IMG/VR virus record: IMGVR_UViG_3300020109_000029
Span: 1 to 51,875 of that record
Source of the DNA: a virus
Lineage: Duplodnaviria > Caudoviricetes
Reading direction: 5' to 3' (one strand)
Length of the DNA stretch: 51,875 nucleotides
The position numbers were made by a program, and so were the translations under genes. The stretch's first letter is position 1, and the number at the start of each line of letters is the position of its first letter. The notes under the pieces are model-generated. The model was not told the origin of the DNA and did not search any database. It saw only the letters and a program-made list of their open reading frames with translations. Positions 1 to 7,012 of this stretch are shown one piece after another.

Positions 1-87
1 GCCAACGCCGACGCCAACGCCCACGCCTACGCCTACGCCAACGCCGACGCCGACGCCTACGCCTACGCCAACGCCTACGCCTACGCC
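1..87 (+). repeat. Degenerate hexamer tandem repeat GCC-NAC
   Basis: GCCAAC/GCCGAC/GCCTAC/GCCCAC units read directly. Confidence 0.95.
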
Positions 88-156
88 TGGAAGCGTCTTG
101 CGGACGGCCTGGTCGAAGCGATGAAGTGGGCCGCCGACCAGCGCGAGGCCGCGTGA
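1..156 (+). CDS. 3' part of the Ala-X repeat protein that begins at 51232 and wraps the junction
   Basis: Frame 1 reads ANADANAHAYAY...AWKRLADGLVEAMKWAADQREAA*; its TGA overlaps the next ATG at 156. Confidence 0.75.
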   Translation, partial: ANADANAHAYAYANADADAYAYANAYAYAWKRLADGLVEAMKWAADQREAA

Positions 157-455
157 TGGCAAGCCCTCAGACCAACCCCCAATACGAAGCGTGGCAGGAC
201 GCCTGCGCTGATTACCGATCCTCCGGTGGAGAGAGCGCTTCGGACTACAGCGACGACGGTTTCAAGATTGGCGAAGAAGCCTTTCTGACTGTCGATCCGG
301 CTGGATGGCGCTCGTTCATCGACGCCGCAGCCGAGGAAGAAGGTCAGGGAAACCTCGACCGTACCCGCGTGATCGCCACGGCGGCTGAGTACGAGCTGGC
401 GACGCTGGTTGCCCTCGCCTCTGTTCAAGCTCCGGCTGTTCGGGAGGCTGCTTGA
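156..455 (+). CDS. Hypothetical early protein
   Basis: ATG overlaps the upstream TGA; coupled to the next gene. Confidence 0.7.
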   Translation: MASPQTNPQYEAWQDACADYRSSGGESASDYSDDGFKIGEEAFLTVDPAGWRSFIDAAAEEEGQGNLDRTRVIATAAEYELATLVALASVQAPAVREAA

Positions 456-793
456 TGGTCGTCGAACAAACCTCGGCGGGCGACTGGGCCGTCTGGAATA
501 CTCGGCGCCGGTATATCGACCGCTTCCCAACCGAAGCCGAGGCGAAGGCTTTTGCGGAAGCGAACCGCACGCAGCCGTCGAAGCGCGCCGATACCAAGCT
601 ATCGGGCCTTGAGGCGGCCGTTCTCGAATGCCTGGCGAACCTGGGCACGGTCGAATGGCCCGGCGCCAGTAAGACGGTCGCCAGTCTCGCCCGAAAGGGC
701 CTTGTGTCGGTCGAACGCCTCCCGACTGGAACGTTTCGGATCGCCGCCAAGTCACTCGCCGCCCCGTCTGTTCAAGAGCGGGGGGCTGCGTGA
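452..793 (+). CDS. Hypothetical early protein
   Basis: 4-nt overlap coupling on both sides. Confidence 0.7.
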   Translation: MMVVEQTSAGDWAVWNTRRRYIDRFPTEAEAKAFAEANRTQPSKRADTKLSGLEAAVLECLANLGTVEWPGASKTVASLARKGLVSVERLPTGTFRIAAKSLAAPSVQERGAA

Positions 794-1012
794 TGGTCGT
801 TATGCCCGAAGTCATGACGCCAGAGATGGAGCGCGTGTGGCGCGACGCTTGGGTCAATCAAGCCTATCGCCGTCGCGGTAGCGGTCCCGTTGGCAACACC
901 CGCCGTATCAAGAACCCGGAAAGCTGTGAGCAGTTCGCCTACCGCGCCCTTCGCAAGCACATTGCGGAGACGCAAGGCGCTGCAGCCCCGTCTGTTCAAG
1001 AGCGGAGGGCTG
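761..1012 (+). repeat. 28-bp direct repeat at gene 3' ends (761-788 and 985-1012, 1 mismatch)
   Basis: GCCCCGTCTGTTCAAGAGCGGRGGGCTG twice; partial copy TCTGTTCAAG at about 420. Confidence 0.9.
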
Positions 1013-1020
1013 GGGAATGA
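790..1020 (+). CDS. Hypothetical early protein
   Basis: GTGA/ATGA coupling. Confidence 0.65.
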   Translation: MMVVMPEVMTPEMERVWRDAWVNQAYRRRGSGPVGNTRRIKNPESCEQFAYRALRKHIAETQGAAAPSVQERRAGE

Positions 1021-1397
1021 GCGACCTGATCGAACGACTGGAGAAGGCCGAAGCTGGGTCAGTGCCGCTGGATTGCGAAGTCGTGCGGCAGTTCGGCTAT
1101 CACGTTCCTGAGGGAACTTGGCAGGGGTGGCACGATCCCGACGGAAACCACATTGGCCTTCCGCCAAAGGTCACCACCTCCCTAGACGCTGCCCTGGCTC
1201 TGGCTGAGCGGGTTCTGCCAGGCCACGTCTTCTACAGCATCGATCACATGGCGGTGATCAATCTCCGCAACATCTGCGTCGCGCAAGTGTCGGGCGAGGC
1301 GGACGGCTGCGCCGGGGAGGGTGAGGCCGCAACCCCCGCCCTCGCTCTCTGCATAGCCATTCTTCGCGCCGCCAAGGCTCAGGGAGCCGAGGCATGA
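1017..1397 (+). CDS. Conserved phage early protein
   Basis: MSDLIERLEKA...TTSLDAALAL...TPALALCIAILRA, a pattern common in alphaproteobacterial prophages. Confidence 0.75.
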   Translation: MSDLIERLEKAEAGSVPLDCEVVRQFGYHVPEGTWQGWHDPDGNHIGLPPKVTTSLDAALALAERVLPGHVFYSIDHMAVINLRNICVAQVSGEADGCAGEGEAATPALALCIAILRAAKAQGAEA

Positions 1398-1672
1398 CCC
1401 CTCGCCCCCTGATGCAAGCCGCCCTCAAGGCGGAGGAAGCCGCTCACCTCCTGACCCTGGCCCAAGCCTACGCCGGAAGGCCGGAACAGGAAGCCTACAT
1501 CCGAAAGGCCCAGGCCCTTCTCCGCGAAGCCGATGAGCTTGCCCAGCAGGCCCAGGAAGCCGCCGACGAAGCCTCTATGGCCGACCACGAGAAGTGGTGG
1601 GCGGGCCGTCAAGCCAATTCGTCCCTGCTGAACCCGGCAGGACACCACCAAAATCAGGAGATTGCAGCGTGA
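1394..1672 (+). CDS. Hypothetical protein
   Basis: ATGA coupling, GGAG RBS. Confidence 0.7.
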   Translation: MTPRPLMQAALKAEEAAHLLTLAQAYAGRPEQEAYIRKAQALLREADELAQQAQEAADEASMADHEKWWAGRQANSSLLNPAGHHQNQEIAA

Positions 1673-1920
1673 CTGAAGTGTCCGAAGAAAAGATCGCCCG
1701 CGACAAGGCCGCCGTAGATGCAATGCGCAATGCCAAATCCAACATGGATGCGGCTTTGGCCCGTATCTCGACGCTTGAAACAGCGCTGGCCTACGCCCGC
1801 GATAATCTAAGCCGAGTGAAAGGCTACATCAGCCCGAACGTCTACACCTACGGCGCTCAGGGCACCGTCCACGCGGCCATCGACGACATGATCGCCCATG
1901 CGGCGAAGGCGCTCGGCTAA
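1669..1920 (+). CDS. Hypothetical coiled-coil protein
   Basis: GTGA coupling, AGGAG RBS. Confidence 0.7.
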   Translation: MTEVSEEKIARDKAAVDAMRNAKSNMDAALARISTLETALAYARDNLSRVKGYISPNVYTYGAQGTVHAAIDDMIAHAAKALG

Positions 1921-2126
1921 TGTCCCGCCCCTACGACCAAACCCTATCCTCCGACGGGGTCTATTACGCCTCTCGCCGGACGAATGAGCACAACGGGGCT
2001 GGCTGGGATTTTCGGCCTGACCGCGTCCGCTCTCGCTGGACCTTCCGTGACTGGGACTGCGCCTGCGCTCTGGTCATCACCATTATCGTCGCTGTCGCCA
2101 GCGCCTTTGCTTTCGGGGTGGCGTGA
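1920..2126 (+). CDS. Small membrane protein
   Basis: TAATG coupling; hydrophobic C-terminus. Confidence 0.6.
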   Translation: MSRPYDQTLSSDGVYYASRRTNEHNGAGWDFRPDRVRSRWTFRDWDCACALVITIIVAVASAFAFGVA

Positions 2127-2449
2127 TGGACCTGTCTCAGTTCTACCGTGACGACCACGCCGACGAGTTCGAGGTGACCGTCGAGGTTCGCGCCACGGTC
2201 ATAGAAACGGTGAAGGCCGCGACCGAAGAAGAGGCGCGGACGATCATCGAAAAGCGTCTCGATGACCGCGACCTCGATGTCTATGGCCCTGACATTTGGC
2301 AGGCCGACATCAGCTCGTGCCGACGCCCGGCGACAATCTACCTGATTACGCGCCCCGGAACCACGATTAGCGGCACCTCACACCCTCAGCCGGGCGACCT
2401 GCCGCGTGATCCGAAGCCGTATGAGACGGCTTGGAGGCCAGCGCCATGA
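2123..2449 (+). CDS. Hypothetical protein
   Basis: Coupled ORF with typical codon usage. Confidence 0.7.
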   Translation: MMDLSQFYRDDHADEFEVTVEVRATVIETVKAATEEEARTIIEKRLDDRDLDVYGPDIWQADISSCRRPATIYLITRPGTTISGTSHPQPGDLPRDPKPYETAWRPAP

Positions 2450-2700
2450 CCCCCGCTCAATCTCAATCCTCAACTGCCAAGGCGTCGGACCGGGCCAGTA
2501 ACCCGGCCGGCGAGGCAGTCGAATACGCCCGCGTCGAGAACGGCCAGATCATCCTCATGCTGGATGGCCGGATGCAGCGGGTCCGGCAAGGCACGGCCTG
2601 GGGAGAATGGCTCTCCGCCGTGACCTCGCCCTTTCCATCCACTCAGGAGCGCGCCCGGCAGATCAGGGCCGCGCTCGAAGAGACGGGGTTCTATCAGTGA
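2446..2700 (+). CDS. Hypothetical protein
   Basis: ATGA coupling, GGAGG RBS. Confidence 0.65.
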   Translation: MTPAQSQSSTAKASDRASNPAGEAVEYARVENGQIILMLDGRMQRVRQGTAWGEWLSAVTSPFPSTQERARQIRAALEETGFYQ

Positions 2701-3347
2701 GCTTCACCCCTGAACAGAAGGCGGCGCTCCAGGCACCTTTGAGCCAGGCGCACGTCGCCTCCCGTCAACAGGCGGGCCAGACCCTGTCCTACGTCGAGGC
2801 GTGGCACGTCATTGCCGAGGCCAACCGCATCTTCGGCTTCGACGGCTGGGCGCGCGAGACGATCGACCTGCGCCAGCTTGGCGAGCCGAGGGAGAAAGAC
2901 GGCAAGTTCCGCGTCGGCTATTCGGCCCGTGTCCGCGTGACTGTGACGGCCGGCGACCGTGTTGTGGTGCGCGAGGGGTGTGGCTTCGGCCAGGGCATCG
3001 ACCGCGATCCCGACCAGGCCCACGAAAGCGCACTCAAGGAAGCCGAGAGCGACGCCATGAAGCGCGCGCTGATGACCTTCGGCAATCCCTTCGGCCTGGC
3101 GCTCTACGACAAGAGCAAGGCGAACGTGGCCGAGGTCGGCAATGCCGCCGTGGACTTCGCCATCGGTCAGCTCCGCTGCTGCAAGACCGGCGACGAGTTC
3201 AAGGACTTCTGGGCCAAGAACAAGGATGGCCTGAAAGAGCAACTGACCCCGCGCGAATACGCGACGGTCGTCACGGCCATGCAGGAGGAGGCCAAGCGCT
3301 TCGCTCCGCCGGCCGAAGAACCCACCCCATTCGACAAGGCCGCCTGA
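2697..3347 (+). CDS. Rad52/Rad22-family single-strand annealing recombinase
   Basis: LSYVEAWHVIAEANRIFGFDGW, REGCGFG, HESALKEAESDAMKRALMTFGNPFGLALYDK. Confidence 0.93.
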   Translation: MSFTPEQKAALQAPLSQAHVASRQQAGQTLSYVEAWHVIAEANRIFGFDGWARETIDLRQLGEPREKDGKFRVGYSARVRVTVTAGDRVVVREGCGFGQGIDRDPDQAHESALKEAESDAMKRALMTFGNPFGLALYDKSKANVAEVGNAAVDFAIGQLRCCKTGDEFKDFWAKNKDGLKEQLTPREYATVVTAMQEEAKRFAPPAEEPTPFDKAA

Positions 3348-3348
3348 C

Positions 3349-3768
3349 ATGAAGAATCTGACCATTGCCGGTCGTCTGACCAAAGACGCCACCACCCGCG
3401 ACGCCGGTTCGGATCGCGTCACCGGGTTTTCCGTCGCCGTCGACGACCGCCAGGGCAAGGACAAGTCCACCCTGTTTTTCGACTGCTCGATGTGGGGAAA
3501 GCGCGGCGAGGCGCTGGCTCAATACCTCATCAAGGGTGCGTCGGTGACCGTCTCCGGCGACCTCGGCACGCGGGAGTACGAGGGCAAGACCTACCTGACC
3601 CTCCGCGTGAATGACGTGACGCTCCAGGGCGGGAAACCCACACGGGACGAACACGATCAGCGGCCGGCGGGTGAACGGGGAGGGTCGTCCAGCGGTCAGC
3701 CCGCCGGCGGCTACGACCTGTCGGACGATATCCCGTTCGTGAGGGTGGCGGGAGATTTCGATGTCTGA
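3349..3768 (+). CDS. ssb: Single-stranded DNA-binding protein
   Basis: IAGRLTKD, FSVAVD, WGKRGE, KGASVTVSG, DDIPF tail. Confidence 0.95.
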   Translation: MKNLTIAGRLTKDATTRDAGSDRVTGFSVAVDDRQGKDKSTLFFDCSMWGKRGEALAQYLIKGASVTVSGDLGTREYEGKTYLTLRVNDVTLQGGKPTRDEHDQRPAGERGGSSSGQPAGGYDLSDDIPFVRVAGDFDV

Positions 3769-4180
3769 TGATCTCGAAGTTTGGCGCGCAATCCCGTCTC
3801 TGCCTGACTACATCGCGTCCTCTCACGGTCGGCTGATGCGGCTGCCTTGGGGTGGGCGGATGCCATATGGCGGAAACCGGCCCTACGGCGGAAAGCCCAC
3901 ATTTGGTGCCTGGTCTGAAGGCGACCGGCGGTTCGTTCTGCCGTATCGCGGAAAGACCTACCGCGTAGCGAGACTCATCTGCGAGGCCTTCAACGGCCCG
4001 GCCCCTGCGGATCGGCAGGTCTGTATGCACATCGATGAGAACAGCCGAAACAATCGGCCCGAAAATCTCGCATGGGGCACACAGAAAGAGAACCTGAACG
4101 CGCCCGGTTTCCTTGCGTACTGCTCGTCTGAAAAGCGGAAGGCGTCGCTCCGAGCTGCTCGGGAGGCGAAAGCCGCATGA
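3761..4180 (+). CDS. NUMOD4-HNH homing endonuclease
   Basis: EVWRAIP..Y.ASSHGRL; VARLICEAF; MHIDENSRNNRPENLAWGTQKEN. Confidence 0.9.
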   Translation: MSDDLEVWRAIPSLPDYIASSHGRLMRLPWGGRMPYGGNRPYGGKPTFGAWSEGDRRFVLPYRGKTYRVARLICEAFNGPAPADRQVCMHIDENSRNNRPENLAWGTQKENLNAPGFLAYCSSEKRKASLRAAREAKAA

Positions 4181-4911
4181 GCGCCCAGCCCATCCATCTG
4201 GCGAACGAGCCTAGCCCCTTCGACGCCCTGCGGATCGACATCGACGATCTGCTGCTAGAAGCGAAGAACTGGTGCGACGGCGAGGCCGCCAAGACCCAGG
4301 AGCAGGTCGACGAGATCGCGCGCCTGATCGACGAGCTGAACGACCGCGCCAAGCTGCTCGACGCCGAGCGCGTAGCGGAGAAGAAGCCACTCGACGAGCA
4401 GATTGCCGCCATCCAGGACCGCTACAACGTCTACCTCGCCCCGCTGAAAAACAAGACGCCGGGCAAGGTGCCGATGGCGCTGGACGCCCTCAACGCGGCT
4501 AAGCGTCCGTTTCTGCTGGCGAAGGAGGCCGAGCTAGAGGCGGCGCGGGAGAAGGCCAGGCTGGAGGCCGAAGAGAAGGCCCGCGTTGCCCGCGAGGCCG
4601 CACAAGCCGCCGCCGCGAACGACCTTGCGGCGCGCGAAGAGGCGGAAGCCAAGATCGCCGAGGCCGAAGCCGCCGCGACCGCCGCTCGCGTGGCGGATCG
4701 TCAGAAGGCCCACGCCCACGGTGGGGGGCGCGCTCATGGCCTTCGCACCCGCGTCGTGGCCGAGATCACCGACCTCAACGCGGCGGTGAAGCACTACTGG
4801 ACCGAAGACCCCAAGCCGTTCCGCGAACTGGCTCAGCGCCTCGCCGATCAGGACGCGAAGGCCAACCGTCGTGTGGCGGCCGGCGTCACCTTCCGGGAGG
4901 AACGGTATTGA
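4177..4911 (+). CDS. Coiled-coil protein of the recombination module
   Basis: Long Ala/Glu/Lys helical ORF, coupled. Confidence 0.75.
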   Translation: MSAQPIHLANEPSPFDALRIDIDDLLLEAKNWCDGEAAKTQEQVDEIARLIDELNDRAKLLDAERVAEKKPLDEQIAAIQDRYNVYLAPLKNKTPGKVPMALDALNAAKRPFLLAKEAELEAAREKARLEAEEKARVAREAAQAAAANDLAAREEAEAKIAEAEAAATAARVADRQKAHAHGGGRAHGLRTRVVAEITDLNAAVKHYWTEDPKPFRELAQRLADQDAKANRRVAAGVTFREERY

Positions 4912-5330
4912 GCCGCAACCTCCTTCGCCTCACCCCTGGCGCGCGCCAGCAGGCCCACGCGTGGGTCGAAAAGGCGCTCACCATGTGGTCGCCCGGCAAG
5001 CCCTGGCTGCTGGAGATACGAGAGCCGAAGCGCACCGACGAACAGAACGCCGCCATGTGGGGGCTTCTGGCGCAGATCACGAAACAGCGCCCGGTGCACA
5101 ACGGCCGGCAGATGAACTCTGACCTCTGGAAGGCGGTGTTCATGGACGCCTTAGGCCATGAGGTGGATTACGTCGGCAGCCTGGACGGTAAGCGGGTGTT
5201 TCCGCTCGGGCATCGGTCGTCGCACCTCAACAAGGCGCAGATGTCGGATCTGATCGAGCTGATGCTCGCGTGGTCCGCAGAGCAGGGCCTGACCATCGAG
5301 CACTTCGACGACGAAAGGCTGGCCGCCTGA
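4908..5330 (+). CDS. ninB: NinB/Orf family recombination protein
   Basis: KRTDEQNAAMWGLL, WKAVF, SSHLNKAQMSDLIELM. Confidence 0.88.
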   Translation: MSRNLLRLTPGARQQAHAWVEKALTMWSPGKPWLLEIREPKRTDEQNAAMWGLLAQITKQRPVHNGRQMNSDLWKAVFMDALGHEVDYVGSLDGKRVFPLGHRSSHLNKAQMSDLIELMLAWSAEQGLTIEHFDDERLAA

Positions 5331-5746
5331 TGCAGCGCAAGGCCCTGACCAGAACCGAGATCATCCTGCTCTGCCAGCGTCAGGCGACCGGCCCGATCCT
5401 GTGCGGCTGCGGCTGCGGTGAACCGCTGGATCCGGTGTCAGAGCAGGTGATCGACGAGCATGTCCTGCCCCGCAAGCTGACCGAGGTTGGCTGCGAGGCC
5501 GAGCGCGACGTGCTGGAGAACCGCGCCTTTCTCCGCAAGCCCTGCGCCCTGGAGAAGACCCGCGCCGATCTGGCCGTGATCGCCAAGGCGAAGGCCCAGG
5601 GCGGAGAGACAGGACAATACGCCCGCCGCCAGAAGCGAGGGGAGGGGTCGATCAAGTCCCGCCCGAACTGGCTTCCGAAGGGCTCAACCAAATGGCCGAA
5701 GCGCAAGCTTGGCTCTCAGAAGAAGGGAACCGACCATGTCGGGTGA
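5330..5746 (+). CDS. Degenerate HNH-like Zn-finger nuclease
   Basis: CGCGC..., DEHVLP, N....C..KT..D...IAKAK pattern. Confidence 0.6.
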   Translation: MQRKALTRTEIILLCQRQATGPILCGCGCGEPLDPVSEQVIDEHVLPRKLTEVGCEAERDVLENRAFLRKPCALEKTRADLAVIAKAKAQGGETGQYARRQKRGEGSIKSRPNWLPKGSTKWPKRKLGSQKKGTDHVG

Positions 5747-5754
5747 GAAGTCCC

Positions 5755-6195
5755 ATGACTAGCCCCCATTCCGGCCAGACGGCCTCCATAGGCGACCACC
5801 AACTTTCTTTCACCAACAGAAGAGGAGCGGAAAGCCACGACCCGCGCGCGAAAGCGTCTGGGTGTGATCAGGGAGGGGGCGTCGTCACGCTTGGCGGCTC
5901 CCCCGCTGTTCAGACCGGCGTGGGCTTCCTTCTGAGGTCCGCCCATTCTGCACGCGGGACCGGCGCGATCCACGGCCACACCTACGAAGTCGTTTGCTGG
6001 TTTCCGGCGGGAGACGACGCTGAAGAGTTGCAGGCGAAGTGCGAACGGTCTTGCGCGGACCTAGACCACGCAATCCTTCCGGAAGAACTGGCCTGGGCTG
6101 AAGCCCTGGTCGCCGAAATCATGCGCCGCACCGGAGCAGAAGACGTCGAGATCAGACGGCCCCTTGAGCGTCTTTACGCGAGGCCGCGCCGATGA
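5755..6195 (+). CDS. QueD/PTPS-like T-fold protein (start uncertain)
   Basis: SAH...HGHTYEV...LDH..L...AEAL; the Cys of the CxxxHGH motif is absent. Confidence 0.75.
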   Translation: MTSPHSGQTASIGDHQLSFTNRRGAESHDPRAKASGCDQGGGVVTLGGSPAVQTGVGFLLRSAHSARGTGAIHGHTYEVVCWFPAGDDAEELQAKCERSCADLDHAILPEELAWAEALVAEIMRRTGAEDVEIRRPLERLYARPRR

Positions 6196-6966
6196 CCGAC
6201 CTCCTGTTCTATCCCGGCACCCACCAGGTCGGCGACGCCAAGCACTTCGACCGCGTCTGCATCAGCCGTAATCGCCTCGTCGGGCGCAAGAAGCCGGTCG
6301 AGTGCGACGATGTCCTGCTCGACTGCGCCGGGTTCACGACCATCGAGAAGCACGGTGGCTATCCGCACCCCCCGGAAGAGTGGGCGCGCGAGGTGCATCG
6401 CCTGAACTCGAACGGCATCCTCAAAATCACCGTCGTCGTGGCACAGGACTACATGTGCGAGCCCTGGATGCTCGCCAAGACCGGCCTGACGATCGAAGAC
6501 CATCAGCGCCTCACAATCGGCCGCTTCGACGCAGTCATTGCCGAACTGCACCGTCTCTACGATGGGCCGCCGCCCTTCGAGGTCATGCCGGTTCTGCAAG
6601 GCTTTGCGATCAGCGATTACCTTCGCCATATCGAAATGTATGGTGACCGCCTCACCCCCGGCATGTGGGTTGGCGTCGGCTCTGTCTGCAAGCGCCAGGG
6701 CGACCCGGCGATCATCGAGGACTTGCTTCTAGCCATTGCAGGAGTGCGGCCGGACCTCCGGCTGCACGGCTTTCGGTGTGAAGCTGACGGCACTCCGCAG
6801 TCCCATCGTTCGCCGGCTGCTCTACAGCGCGGACAGCATGGCCTGGTCCTTTGCAGCTCGGAAGCAGGGCCGCGACGGCAACGACTGGCGCGAAGCCAAG
6901 GCGTTCGAGGCGCGCGCTCTCGTCCCCAGTCGCGAGCCCGAGCAACTGCGATTGTTCTCGGCATGA
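6192..6966 (+). CDS. TGT/DpdA-like guanine transglycosylase, split by a +1 frameshift at 6771-6774 (257 aa if joined)
   Basis: LLDCAGF, QDYMCE, PVLQG, VGVGSVCKR, LHGF | GVK...SADSMAWS continues in the +1 frame. Confidence 0.8.
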
Positions 6967-7012
6967 TCTCCACCAACAAACAGGTGGCCCCGCAAAGCGG
7001 CGGAGAGGGGCG

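Noticed and set aside
5746-5885. preQ1 riboswitch upstream of the QueD-like domain
   Set aside because: No recognisable preQ1 stem with an A-rich tail; the region is an open frame.
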